Positions 29,105 through 39,900 of a DNA stretch of 64,000 nucleotides are shown piece after piece. Made by a program: the position numbers and the translations under genes. Below the pieces are notes generated by a model. The model saw only the letters and a list, made by a program, of their open reading frames with translations. It did not search any database and was not told the origin of the DNA. Origin of the DNA: Candidatus Omnitrophota bacterium. GTDB taxonomy: Bacteria; Omnitrophota; Gorgyraeia; Gygaellales; Profunditerraquicolaceae. Position 1 is the first letter of the stretch. Every line of letters starts with the position of its first letter. The stretch covers positions 259,118 through 323,117 of the forward strand of contig JBAZTA010000001.1 of NCBI GenBank assembly GCA_041662125.1, read 5' to 3'.

Positions 29105-30064
29105 CTACGATCTCTCATTATTAATTAACGTAAGGAGATCTTCTTTTTTCTCGATATTACGGCATACCGCACTTTCGTTAATACGGCGCAAAAGGCCCTT
29201 TAAAACTTTGCCAGGGCCGAATTCAATAAACTCAGTGACCCCCTGCGCGCAAATATACCGCATGGAATCTTCCCAAAGGACGCTCGAAGATACCTGCTTG
29301 ATCAAACAATCTTTAATTTCTGCCACAGACATAACCGGCTGAGCAGTAACATTACTGATGACCGGAATTTTATTGTCGCGTATGGTAATTTTTCCCAATT
29401 CCTCTGCTAATCTTTGAGAAGCGCCTTTCATAAATGATGAGTGAAACGCCCCGCTTACCTCTAAAAGAATGACCTTTTTTGCGCCTGCAGCTTCAGCAGC
29501 TTTAATTGCTTCCTCTATCTGTTTTGCTCCACCGGATATTACAATTTGTCCGGGGCTGTTAATATTGGCAACTTCCACCTTTGCCTCCTGACAGACTTTC
29601 CTGACCACGGCCAATTCTAATCCCATAACAGAAGCCATCTTACCAGGTGATTTTAACGCCTCTTCTTCCATAAATTCCCCGCGGCGCCTGACTAAATAAA
29701 CCGCATCCTCAAAACTAACCGCCCCACTGGCAACAAGCGAGGAATACTCTCCTAAGCTCAATCCCGCCACAAAACTGGTGGCTGATGGCTGGTGGCTGGT
29801 GACCTTCTTATACGCTTCGTAGGCTGCAATAGTCATCGTAACAATTGCCGGCTGGCAATTCTTGGTTTTCTTTAATTCCTCAGGATGTCCTTCAAAACAC
29901 ATCTTTGAAATAGAAAAACCTAAAACGTTATCAGCCTTATCAAAGATCGCCTTACTTTCAGGGAACATTTCATATAAATCTTTCCCCATACCTATATATT
30001 GTGACCCCTGCCCTGCGAACAAATATGCCTTCATATGATTTAATTGATTCTCTTGATTATTCAC
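29105..30064 (-). CDS. fabD: Malonyl CoA-ACP transacylase
   Basis: GQGSQ and GLSLGEYS active-site serine motif. The start may instead be the internal MKAYLFAGQGSQ at 30034. Confidence 0.85.
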   Translation of the reverse strand: MNNQENQLNHMKAYLFAGQGSQYIGMGKDLYEMFPESKAIFDKADNVLGFSISKMCFEGHPEELKKTKNCQPAIVTMTIAAYEAYKKVTSHQPSATSFVAGLSLGEYSSLVASGAVSFEDAVYLVRRRGEFMEEEALKSPGKMASVMGLELAVVRKVCQEAKVEVANINSPGQIVISGGAKQIEEAIKAAEAAGAKKVILLEVSGAFHSSFMKGASQRLAEELGKITIRDNKIPVISNVTAQPVMSVAEIKDCLIKQVSSSVLWEDSMRYICAQGVTEFIEFGPGKVLKGLLRRINESAVCRNIEKKEDLLTLINNERS

Positions 30065-30079
30065 CCGACTGCTCCATAC

Positions 30080-31057
30080 TTACCACTTAATAACACAGGC
30101 CCCCCAAACTAACCCGGCGCCAAAAGCATCCAAAAGGACAATATCGCCTTTTTTAACCCTGCCTTCCCTAACCGCTTCACATAAAGCAGTAGCCGTGGAA
30201 GCAGAAGAAATATTACCGTATTTCTCTATATTCAAATAAATCTTATCTTCCGGCAACCCAAGCCTTTTCGCGACAGCTAAAATAATACGGATATTTGCCT
30301 GATGAGGGATTAAACATGTTATATCATCACAACTCAAGTTCGCTTTCTTTAAAGCTTTTTCCGCGGCATCAGCCATGATCTTGACTGCCAGCTTAAATAA
30401 TTCATTCCCGCTCATCTTCACATAATGCATGCGGCTGTCAATCGTCTTATGGGTCGCCGGATGCCGTGAGCCACCTCCCGGCAAATTCAATATGTCAGCA
30501 TAGGTGCCGTCACAGCCCAGATACGTTGAAAGGAACCCTCCGCTCTTGACTTCTCCTAAAACCGCCGCCCCGGCCCCGTCACCAAATAAAACACAGGTAT
30601 TACGGTCCTGCCAATCAGTAACCGTTGAAAGCACCTCTGAACCGATAACCAGCGCGTTCTTATAACACCCGCGCGCGATAAACTGCTGCGCGGTCACCAG
30701 CGCGTATACAAATCCGGCGCAGGCGGCTGAAATATCAAACGCAGCAGCGTTCTTGGTACCTAACTTTGCCTGCACAAAAGCAGCAGTCGAAGGAAACTGC
30801 ATATCAGGAGTAATCGTCGCCACAATGATCAGGTCCAAATCAAGGGGCTTAATACCGGCGTCTTTTAATGCTTCTTCGGCAGCTTTCAACGCTAACTCAG
30901 ACGTTGCTTCGTGTTTAGCGGCAATACGCCTTTCTTTAATACCGGTACGAGTCGTGATCCATTCATCGGAAGTATCGACCATTTTCTCAAGGTCTGCATT
31001 CGTCAGAACTTTCTTCGGCAAATATTCCCCTACTCCGATAATACCTACTTTTTTCAT
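30080..31057 (-). CDS. fabH: 3-oxoacyl-[ACP] synthase III
   Basis: Catalytic Cys in AACAGF, with the His and Asn of the KAS-III triad. Confidence 0.9.
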   Translation of the reverse strand: MKKVGIIGVGEYLPKKVLTNADLEKMVDTSDEWITTRTGIKERRIAAKHEATSELALKAAEEALKDAGIKPLDLDLIIVATITPDMQFPSTAAFVQAKLGTKNAAAFDISAACAGFVYALVTAQQFIARGCYKNALVIGSEVLSTVTDWQDRNTCVLFGDGAGAAVLGEVKSGGFLSTYLGCDGTYADILNLPGGGSRHPATHKTIDSRMHYVKMSGNELFKLAVKIMADAAEKALKKANLSCDDITCLIPHQANIRIILAVAKRLGLPEDKIYLNIEKYGNISSASTATALCEAVREGRVKKGDIVLLDAFGAGLVWGACVIKW

Positions 31058-31080
31058 CGTCTCGTATAAACCTTTTATTC

Positions 31081-32073
31081 TTAAGTTTGTGTGTGTATTG
31101 CCTCTAACATCTTCTCGTTAAATTTACGTTCTACTTCTTCCTTGGCAACACGGATGGCATTTTTGATCGCATTGACATTCGAACGGCCGTGGCCGATAAT
31201 AACCACCCCATTGACCCCTAATAAAGGCGCTCCGCCATACTCAGAATAATCGATTGTCTTCTTAAACTTACCTAAGTTATTCTTTAAGAAAAGCAGGCCG
31301 ATCTTACCCCACAGGTTACTCATTAAATGCCTTTTCAAGAATACCTGCATAGTTTCTGCCAGGCTCTCAGAAACCTTAAGCGCGACATTGCCGACGAAAC
31401 CGTCACAAATGATAATATCGCATTTCCCGGAGAAAAGGTCCTTGCCTTCGACATTACCGATAAAATTGAGTTTGCTTTTCTCAAAAAGCTCCCCTGTTTC
31501 TTTTAAGAAACCCGTCCCTTTTGAGTCTTCTTCTCCAATGTTTAAGAGCCCCACACTTGGATTGACCTTATTCAGGATATACTGGGCATAAGCACTCGCC
31601 ATGATCCCGTATTGTAAAAGCTGCGATGGTTTCGGGTCAATATTTGCACCGACATCCATTATGAGAGAAATATCTTTTAACGTAGGTAAAACAATGGCAA
31701 TACCCGGACGTTCAATATCCGGCAGGAGCCCCAGGCTTAAAGTCCCGGCGCAAACAACAGCCCCGGTATTGCCCGCGCTGAAAAACGCATCCCCCTTGCC
31801 GTCCCTCACCAGGTTCAATCCAACCACAATAGAAGAATTCCTTTTCCTGCGCACACTGGCCGCAGGAGACTCATGCATCTCTATGACATCCTGGGCAGGA
31901 TGTATGGAAATAGCGCTGCCTGAATATTTATTCTTTTTAAGCAGCGCCTCGATCTTTACCTGGTCACCGACGAGGACGACTTCGGTCTGGTATTCTTTAA
32001 CCGCAGCCATTGCCCCTTGTATAACCACATCAGGAGCATAATCACCACCCATGGCATCTACAATGATCTTCAT
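31081..32073 (-). CDS. plsX: Phosphate acyltransferase PlsX
   Basis: MKIIVDAMGGDYAP start with an AAGAGGGG SD. The ORF extension to 32142 is ignored. Confidence 0.85.
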   Translation of the reverse strand: MKIIVDAMGGDYAPDVVIQGAMAAVKEYQTEVVLVGDQVKIEALLKKNKYSGSAISIHPAQDVIEMHESPAASVRRKRNSSIVVGLNLVRDGKGDAFFSAGNTGAVVCAGTLSLGLLPDIERPGIAIVLPTLKDISLIMDVGANIDPKPSQLLQYGIMASAYAQYILNKVNPSVGLLNIGEEDSKGTGFLKETGELFEKSKLNFIGNVEGKDLFSGKCDIIICDGFVGNVALKVSESLAETMQVFLKRHLMSNLWGKIGLLFLKNNLGKFKKTIDYSEYGGAPLLGVNGVVIIGHGRSNVNAIKNAIRVAKEEVERKFNEKMLEAIHTQT

Positions 32074-32187
32074 TTTATCCCCTCTTTTAGGGCCGTTATA
32101 CCACAAAACCGGATACTTCCTTACTCTTCGGTATCCGCACAACAGATACCTGTTTGTGAGGCCTCAAGCAACGAAAAAATAAGACTC

Positions 32188-32388
32188 TTAATTTTTCTTT
32201 TTCTTTTCTTTAACCGCAATCTCGATAACCGATTTGCCATTATAGTAGCCGCAGACCTTACAGGCGTGGTGGGCTAAACGAGGCTGTTTACAGTGAGGAC
32301 ACGGGATCAGGCTAACTTTTTTTAACTTCCAATGCGTTCTGCGTTTCTTACCCCGCGTTTTAGAATGTCGTTTCTTTGGTAGTGCCAT
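32188..32388 (-). CDS. rpmF: 50S ribosomal protein L32
   Basis: MALPKKRHSKTRGKKRRTHWK followed by a C4 zinc ribbon. Confidence 0.9.
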   Translation of the reverse strand: MALPKKRHSKTRGKKRRTHWKLKKVSLIPCPHCKQPRLAHHACKVCGYYNGKSVIEIAVKEKKKKN

Positions 32389-32436
32389 TTAATTTCCCCC
32401 TTTTTTCATTTCACGGATATTGCTTTATGTGTTACT

Positions 32437-32853
32437 TTAACCTACCTGCTTACAAGCGCAATTCCCTTCATTTAAATTCTTCCCGCAGCTCAGGCATAAC
32501 CCCAGGCAATCAGGCTTACATAACGGTTTGACCGGATAATCCAAAACTATTTCCTGCCTGATATCAGGAGTCAAGTCAATAACACGGTCGTTTTTCTCAA
32601 CCTGATAATTTAATTTTAAGTCTTTTACAAAATCCACGTCAAACTCTTTCAGGCATCGGCTGCAGACAAACGTCGTAAAGGTATGCAGCGCCACATCCAC
32701 CGTCACAGCATTAGTGATCTTAAAAATATCAGCTTTGATGCGTAACGGAGACTTGAATTTGACGATATCTGTATCAAGATCAAAAACTGACGGGTCAGTC
32801 GCTTCTTCTAATGTTACTCCCTCAGGCGGTATTTGATCAGCATAAACTTTCAT
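32437..32853 (-). CDS. yceD: YceD/DUF177 large-subunit rRNA accumulation protein
   Basis: Cys-rich C-terminus (CKPDCLGLCLSCG...CAC) in the canonical position upstream of rpmF. Confidence 0.75.
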   Translation of the reverse strand: MKVYADQIPPEGVTLEEATDPSVFDLDTDIVKFKSPLRIKADIFKITNAVTVDVALHTFTTFVCSRCLKEFDVDFVKDLKLNYQVEKNDRVIDLTPDIRQEIVLDYPVKPLCKPDCLGLCLSCGKNLNEGNCACKQVG

Positions 32854-32910
32854 TCTTCACAGGCCTCCCGGTAATCACTATAAAAAGCATATAACCCTAA
32901 AACGCGCGCT

Positions 32911-33399
32911 TTATCGTGATCCCCGTAATTTTTTTTGTAATGCCTTTTCGACAAAATCCGGGACAAAAAAAGATAAATCCGCCCCAAAAGACGCTGTTTC
33001 TTTTAAAAGCCTTGAGGAAAGATAGCTATAGGATTCTTGAGGCATCAGAAAAATAGTTTCAATATCAGCAGCAAGCTTTCTATTAGTTAACGCCATTTGA
33101 AACTCATATTCAAAATCAGAAATCATCCGTAAACCGCGTATCAATACTTTTGCCTTTTGTTTCCGCGCGAAATCAACCGCTAATCCGTTAAAATGGCATA
33201 CGGTTACGTTCTTAAACGAAGCGGTTACTTTTTCCAGCATACCAACCCGCTGCGACACATCAAAAAGCGGCCTTTTCTGGGGATTATGCGCGACCGCGAC
33301 TATAACCTCAGAAAAAATCTCTTGCGCTCTTTTGATCAGATCAATATGACCGTAGGTTACCGGATCAAACGTGCCGGGATAAATAGCTCTTTGACGCAT
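32911..33399 (-). CDS. coaD: Phosphopantetheine adenylyltransferase
   Basis: YPGTFDPVTYGHIDL nucleotidyltransferase HxGH motif. Confidence 0.9.
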   Translation of the reverse strand: MRQRAIYPGTFDPVTYGHIDLIKRAQEIFSEVIVAVAHNPQKRPLFDVSQRVGMLEKVTASFKNVTVCHFNGLAVDFARKQKAKVLIRGLRMISDFEYEFQMALTNRKLAADIETIFLMPQESYSYLSSRLLKETASFGADLSFFVPDFVEKALQKKLRGSR

Positions 33400-33416
33400 A
33401 TAATTCTCGCAAAAAA

Positions 33417-34130
33417 TCAGTTTTTCTGATAAAACGACAATACGGTATCCCCGTACATAGACTGCCGCAGGAGCTTTAGCGCCCCATACCTTTCCAAGAC
33501 GCTATCCCGCTTGAAATGCTGAACAATCACAAAACCATAAGGGGTTAATATATCATAAGCCCCTAATATTTGCAAGGTTTTTTTTGTTAATGATTCGTCT
33601 GGATGCACAGTATTCACAGAACTTTCTGGAAGCGGCAAAAATCCTGCTGCATGAGCCGTTCCTGCCCGGTTTTGCTTATAATACGGTGGATCCAGAAAAA
33701 TAATATCGAAGTGCTGTTTATTCCTGAAAAATAAAGGAATAACATCCAAAACATCCTTATTGATAACCTCTATCTGAGATTCTTTATTTCCGGCAAGGGC
33801 ATTCAAGGCTTGTTCTAATTTTAACGTCTTACTTTTAAAATCAGGGATTGAACTCTCATACTTCAAAGTCCGAAGAACCAAAGAATCCAGGTTTTGCTGA
33901 ATACATTTGACACATTGCCTGTCTTTTTCCACAAAAACAGCTTTTTTTACTCCCAAAGACAAGCCTTCCATCCCTACAGAACCTGTTCCTGCGAATAGTT
34001 CCAGGAAGCTCAAACCTTCCACATCGCCTAAAATATCAAATAAAGCCTTTTTCACCATATCTTGCGTGGGCCTTATATGGTGAGGCGCTTGAAACTTCTT
34101 CCCTTTATATTTACCGGAAATCACCCGCAT
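33417..34130 (-). CDS. rsmD: 16S rRNA (guanine966-N2)-methyltransferase RsmD-like
   Basis: DPPYY motif and a class I MTase motif I (LFAGTGSVGMEG). Longer than typical RsmD, with a C-terminal extension. Confidence 0.7.
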   Translation of the reverse strand: MRVISGKYKGKKFQAPHHIRPTQDMVKKALFDILGDVEGLSFLELFAGTGSVGMEGLSLGVKKAVFVEKDRQCVKCIQQNLDSLVLRTLKYESSIPDFKSKTLKLEQALNALAGNKESQIEVINKDVLDVIPLFFRNKQHFDIIFLDPPYYKQNRAGTAHAAGFLPLPESSVNTVHPDESLTKKTLQILGAYDILTPYGFVIVQHFKRDSVLERYGALKLLRQSMYGDTVLSFYQKN

Positions 34131-34164
34131 AAACTATATCCTTTTTTCTTCTCACCTCAAACGC

Positions 34165-36276
34165 TTATCCCGTCAACATAAATTTCTTGTATTCAGGAAA
34201 TCGTTGCAGCAACTTTTCCTTTAAAGCGAAACTATTTCGTTCCCTTAAATCCGGATCATGCTCCGTAAGCCTGAGAGCTTCCTCCCGGGCAGTCTTTAAC
34301 AAATGCATCTGCGTCAGAGGATTGCCAATTTTAAGCTCATTCAAACCGTGCTGACGGCTTCCAAAAAACTCTCCCGGGCCACGGATCTTTAAATCTTCTT
34401 CAGCTATATGGAACCCATCACTGTATTTAACCATTGCTTCAAGGCGCGCTTTTGATTCTTCGGTCTTAGCCTCAGATATCAATAAACAAAAAGAGGCACT
34501 CACACCTCTGCCGACCCTGCCGCGCAACTGATGCAATTGGCTCAAACCAAAACGCTCAGCATGCTGAATGATCATACAGGTCGCGCTGGGAATATCAATA
34601 CCTACCTCCAGTATAGTAGTAGCAACAAGAAGGTCCAACTCTTTATTCCTGAATTTAAGCATGACCGCGGCTTGTTCTTCTTTTTTAAGCTTACCATGAA
34701 TAAGCCCTAACCGGAAATCTTTAAAATCTCCTGCTTTAAATTGCTCATACATCTTTTTAGCGCCGGCGATATCCAAAGCGTATGATTCCTCGATCACGGG
34801 ATATACTATATATACTTGGTTACTTTGCCGCATCTGCTCTCGCGCAATAGTATACGCGCTACGTTTGGTCATCTGAGTAAAATGCATAGTCGTAATGACC
34901 GGCCGGCCTGGAGGCAGTTCATTAATAACAGAAATATCCAAATCTCCATACAAAGTAATTGCCAGTGTCCGGGGAATCGGAGTTGCGGTCATGATCAACA
35001 CATCAGGATTTAAGCCCTTCTTTGGCAATAGCGCCCGCTGCCCAACGCCGAATTTATGCTGCTCATCGATAATAACAAGCCCTAAACTCTTAAATTCAAC
35101 AGCTTCTTCCAATAACGCATGAGTGCCCAAAACCAGATCAACCTTACCTTCACTTATCTGCTTAAAAAGGCGCTCTTTTCCTTGTTTTACTCCACTACCA
35201 GTCAATAATTCCATACGTATATGGGCTGACGCTCCACCTGCCGCAGCAAAGCGTTGCGCGAGATTTTCATAATGTTGTCTGGCCAATATTTCTGTGGGGG
35301 CCATAAAAGCCACCTGATAACCACCTTGAATAGCCATGAGGCTGGCGATTACCGCAACCACAGTTTTGCCGGATCCCACATCTCCCTGCAAAAGCCGCTG
35401 CATTACCTGAGGTTTATGCATATCAGATTTAATTTCTACAAGGGCATTAACCTGTCCTGTAGTTAAACGAAACGGCAATTTTTTTACAAAAGTATTTACG
35501 AGTTCCCCTTCTACAGTATGAGCAATACCATTTCTTTCTTTCCTTCTGGCCTTGCGCAAAGCAAGCGGTAGCTGAAAAAGCAAGAACTCTTCAAAAGAAA
35601 GCCGCCTATACGCCTCTTTCTGCGATTCCTGATTTTCAGGGAAATGAATATTAACAAGGCTTTTTGCAAGATTTAACAAATTATTACGCGCCCGGACATC
35701 ATAGGGCAAAAAATCATTAAGGTTTGTCAAATGCTCATCAAGGACAAGCTTAATCAACCGGCGGAAACTTCGCTGACCGATCCCCGCAGGCAAGGAATAA
35801 ACAGGAACGATCCTTCCCATATGCAAAGATTCATCCTGTTCTATCCCGTCCTGGTTATTTTCAGCAATAATTTCAAACTCAGGCGCACTCATCTGCAGCC
35901 TTCCGGCATAACGCTCTACTTTACCATACAAGATCAAACCTTGGCCGGCTTTAAAATATTCATGCAGATACGGCTGGTTAAACCACACGCAATACACAAT
36001 TCCGGTTTCATCAGTAACCGCAGCTTCCACAATACTAAAACCCCGCCTGCGAAACGAACGGCGCTGGCCGCGGGCAACGATATGCGCCTTGATCGTATAC
36101 ACAGCCCCTTCTTTTAAATCGGCGATCCGGCTGAATTGAGTGCGATCCTCATACCGACGGGGAAAATAATACAGCAGGTCTTCTATTGAATAAACGCCTA
36201 TTGTATTAAACGTCTTCTCTCTTTTAGGCCCCACGCCTTTAAGATACCGGATAGGGATATCGTTAGATTTTTCCAT
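34165..36276 (-). CDS. recG: ATP-dependent DNA helicase RecG
   Basis: Wedge domain followed by a superfamily 2 helicase (GDVGSGKT, DEQH). 703 aa. Confidence 0.9.
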   Translation of the reverse strand: MEKSNDIPIRYLKGVGPKREKTFNTIGVYSIEDLLYYFPRRYEDRTQFSRIADLKEGAVYTIKAHIVARGQRRSFRRRGFSIVEAAVTDETGIVYCVWFNQPYLHEYFKAGQGLILYGKVERYAGRLQMSAPEFEIIAENNQDGIEQDESLHMGRIVPVYSLPAGIGQRSFRRLIKLVLDEHLTNLNDFLPYDVRARNNLLNLAKSLVNIHFPENQESQKEAYRRLSFEEFLLFQLPLALRKARRKERNGIAHTVEGELVNTFVKKLPFRLTTGQVNALVEIKSDMHKPQVMQRLLQGDVGSGKTVVAVIASLMAIQGGYQVAFMAPTEILARQHYENLAQRFAAAGGASAHIRMELLTGSGVKQGKERLFKQISEGKVDLVLGTHALLEEAVEFKSLGLVIIDEQHKFGVGQRALLPKKGLNPDVLIMTATPIPRTLAITLYGDLDISVINELPPGRPVITTMHFTQMTKRSAYTIAREQMRQSNQVYIVYPVIEESYALDIAGAKKMYEQFKAGDFKDFRLGLIHGKLKKEEQAAVMLKFRNKELDLLVATTILEVGIDIPSATCMIIQHAERFGLSQLHQLRGRVGRGVSASFCLLISEAKTEESKARLEAMVKYSDGFHIAEEDLKIRGPGEFFGSRQHGLNELKIGNPLTQMHLLKTAREEALRLTEHDPDLRERNSFALKEKLLQRFPEYKKFMLTG

Positions 36277-36344
36277 TACAGTATTATAATATATAATGAA
36301 ATACGGGTAAAGGGATTAAAGGAACAAACAATCCATAACCCATG

Positions 36345-36587
36345 AAAAATGAACCTGCCGGTTTTTCTCGCTCAACACGATTTTCCGCCGCAAAGCTTGG
36401 CGGATGCCAATGATCTTTGGCATTTCGGTGGCTGCTGAACTCGTGTTTTTTGCTCTAGCAAAAAACCCTCGAACAGCATCGCCATCCCAAGATTGCCCCG
36501 CTCTCGCGGGGCCATGGGATACCCTCAATACCAAAGCTCCATTGGCTAAAATCGTGATTCGCTCAAAAAACCGCCAAGTTCATTTTT
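36345..36587 (-). ncRNA. Candidate structured RNA / rod-like palindromic element, copy 1 (about 240 nt)
   Basis: Homologous to 57639..57872. A 21-23 bp closing helix, conserved internal loops (gagcgaat / tgagcgaga), hairpins with GNRA loops (ccccgc GAGA gcgggg) and ttttttgc-taga-gcaaaaaa. Stems covary against copy 2. Confidence 0.55.
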
Positions 36588-36837
36588 AGCACTATTTATT
36601 ATTAGTCTACATCACCAAAATTTATTTAGAACTAACTGCTAACGGATGGCTTGGTTTAGTTTTGAGCAGGGCCTCTGGAAGCCCCGAGCGGGCACGGTTG
36701 CCCCTCGGAAGAATTATCGGGCAGAGCGAGGGGCTGGAAGGGAGTGCAGTCCTGCCACGCTGGGGCAGGACAAACGTCCCTGCGAAAAACAAACCAAGAC
36801 AGCCGTTACCTTATATATAATAATTAAGGTCAGCTTT

Positions 36838-36897
36838 CAAGAAAGTAAAAAGCCAAAAGGAAAAAGTGTTGATTATAACTTTTAACTTTTGGCTTTT
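36838..36897 (-). terminator. Rho-independent terminator of the giant gene
   Basis: aaaagccaaaagg...acttttggctttt, a 12 bp stem with a following T-run on the minus strand, 30 nt after the stop. Confidence 0.6.
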
Positions 36898-36924
36898 AAC
36901 TTATAACTTACCGGAAATTCCCAA

Positions 36925-39900
36925 TTACAGCTTTGCTAACGCTAACTGGCGGGAATCAAGTATCACCAGTGTTTCCCGAAGCGCAGCAGAACTTTCAGCC
37001 ACATCTTCTTCCTGCAAGCGGCAAATTTCAGCAAGGCAGACGACCAGATCATCTCTTCTCGACTGCAATTCACCTTTTTGAGAACACGCAGCTACCAATT
37101 CCTTAAGGCGTTCTCCCGAAGGCACTATACCGCTGGCAACCATGTTCTTGATCTGGCCAATTTCAACATCAAGGTTGATATTCGCCAATTCTCCCTTACT
37201 TAATAGCGGGAGCTTTAAATTAAGCCCTTCGAAACTTCCCATAGGCTTGGTAATAATATTCATCGTCCGGAAATCAATACCACCTTTTTTTATAGGAGAA
37301 CCTGCTGCCCGAACGTCCTGATTGACCAGAGGAGAAGAACCGCTATTTTCCAATGTCGCTAATAACGCTTGCAGCTCTTTTGCGGCACCACTGAAAGCTC
37401 CCTTAATTGTATCTTTCATTGCGGGATCATCTACGACAATTTGTTCAAATTGCTTTGCCTTAGCTTCTATAGCGCTTTTCAATATCGAAATATCAGCAGC
37501 GCTGAACACCTGCCCAGATATCTTTTCTATTGGTGCTTCCTGGCTGCCTGATTCACGCATTTTCAAATCTCGCAATAAGCTATGGTAAAAAGAATAGAGA
37601 TTGGTCTGACGGTTTAAATACGCATCAGTGACTTGCGAGAACCATTGACCCGCTATTTTCTGCACTGTTGACAAACCACTTAAAACAACGTCTTTATACC
37701 CATCTTTAAGTTCCAATAATTGCTCGCCGATTTCATGCACCTTTTGGCGCACTTTATCAGCACTCGGAATCGTCTTTCCAATAGCTTCCGTATAAAGACG
37801 GACCACAGGCTCTGTCCCGGAGAAACGGATACACAACCATGAACCATCGGTAAAGACTATCTTGTAGCCGTCAGCAAAAATAGATTCGGCTATTTTCTTT
37901 CCCCCAAGCTCTGTTATTGTTTTTGCCTCAAGGTTTTCCTTTAATTCATCCAACTGCGCCTTCAGCTGCGCTTTCAAATCATCAATTTTATCAAGCGATG
38001 TTTTAGCCCTTAAATCAACTCCGCCTCTGTTATACGCAAAGAAGCCGATCTCTGCTTGTAATTTCCCAGCCAACTGCTCGGGAGTAGCTTGAGAAACTGC
38101 ATTGATCTCAACCATCTTAAAGCCGGCGACTAAAGCATCTTTTTCCAATACAACATACTTCGGATCTTTCTCCTGGCTCTTAATATTGAGGCCTTGCGAC
38201 TCCTCACCTGCGATAAGCGCAGGGGTTTTGGAATCAGCCAAGAGGTACTGATTGAACCATTTAAAACCAACCTTGGTCACATACAACGGACAGGACCAAC
38301 GGTCAGCAATAGCCTTCATCATATGAGACGTAGGTATCGTGGTAGCAAGGGCGATATTCTCTTCATTGACGAATTTCTGGATCAAAGGTATAAGCCTTTT
38401 ATAAACAGAATCTTTGTCAATAAAAGAATCCAGGTCGTTGATAGCTACACCGGATTTAGCCAACAAAGCAGCAACATCTTCCCTGCCTTGGTTATTGGTG
38501 AGCCATTGAATAAACCTTTGCTGAATAAGATACTGTGCCTCAATGGCAAAGGTCATATTGGGATCGATAAAATTACCTTCGGCAGACACAACGCCATTTC
38601 TGTCGGCATCGGGATCAGCAGAGATGGCAATCGCCTTTTTCCCTTGCGACCTTAACTCATTAACACGATACACTAAATGCTTTGAATATTCTGCTGCCGG
38701 CTCAGGCCTGTCAGGTTTCGTTACACCTGTTTCAGGGTCCCATTGCGAGAAGCTCGGATCAGGCTCAGCGTTAATGATCTCATACTGTACCCCCTCCTTT
38801 AACCCAATAGCATTCATAATGGCCCGGTAATATTCAGTAGCTGAGCCGTGCTTTGGATCTATAACAACGTAATCGAGCACTCCTTTTTCGAATGCCGTAG
38901 CTATTGCCTTAAAATCAATTATTTCCTGTAATGCCTCGATATAGAGAGGCGCTACTTTGTCCATGCTCATGGCCGTAATATTGCGTCCATGGCGGTTTTG
39001 ATCAAACGGATTATCGTGCTTTGATTCCCGCAATGTATTGATATTCTTCTGCAAAGGCCCGGTGATCTCCTCTTCCGCAGGCCCTGAATGCGCGGGATTA
39101 AACTTCAGGCCATTATTATTGATTTCAACAACCGACCCATCGTCTTTGGTGATCTGATAACCGCGGCCGGGGTTATGAGAAGCGGTAAAATAAAGTGAAC
39201 CCGCTGTCTTAAGCCTGCCGATCAATACCGAAACAACCGGTAAAGGACAATAATGATCGACGAAATAAACTTCAATCCCCAGCGACGCGAGTTTCTCGGC
39301 CGCTAACCTGCTGAGGTCCAAATTGGTATACGGACCGGTTGCACGAGTATCGCCGCTGATAAGTACGCCTTTTCTTCCCGGATTTCCTGCCTCTTGCAGG
39401 CGGATCTGATCAGCAGCAGCAGTTACAGTCGCGTAGAAATCGTTCAAGAACCATTCCTGCATGAACACGCCGTCTTTCATATACTGGCTTTCATCAAAAC
39501 GCCATCCCGAAGTACCGAACTTAATGGGATTCTTCGTGACGAATTCAGAATATGAAGTAATAGACGATGAGCTAAACCGGGGTACTAAAGGCTTATCCCC
39601 ATCATCTTCAGAAGTGATCACTGCTGTGCCCGCTTGCGCTGATGCAACAGAACCACTTAAGAACTTCTGAACCTGCGCAAAGAATTGCTGCATATCACTG
39701 ACAGCTCCATCCGTAGTCGCATCCGCAGTAATAAGAACCGCTTTACGGTTACTCGCAACCAATGCTTTGACCGTGCCGATGGTTTGCGCTTTGATTAGAT
39801 TCTCTGAATATTCAAGAGCGCTCGGCTGATCTACCTGCATAGGCATAAAATAGGTTGATAAGAACATTTCTCTTCCTGCTTCTATGTTTTGATGGAAAGA

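Noticed and set aside
36345-36587. Interpretation of the two-copy structured element as a MITE
   Set aside because: A MITE should keep conserved terminal inverted repeats for transposase recognition. Here the terminal helix differs at most positions between copies while staying complementary. That, with the strand-specific GNRA loops, favours selection on RNA structure.
36646-37081. Small ORFs 36646..36885 and 36866..37081
   Set aside because: They sit in the GC-rich structured and terminator region downstream of the giant gene, or overlap its 3' end, and have no coding signal.
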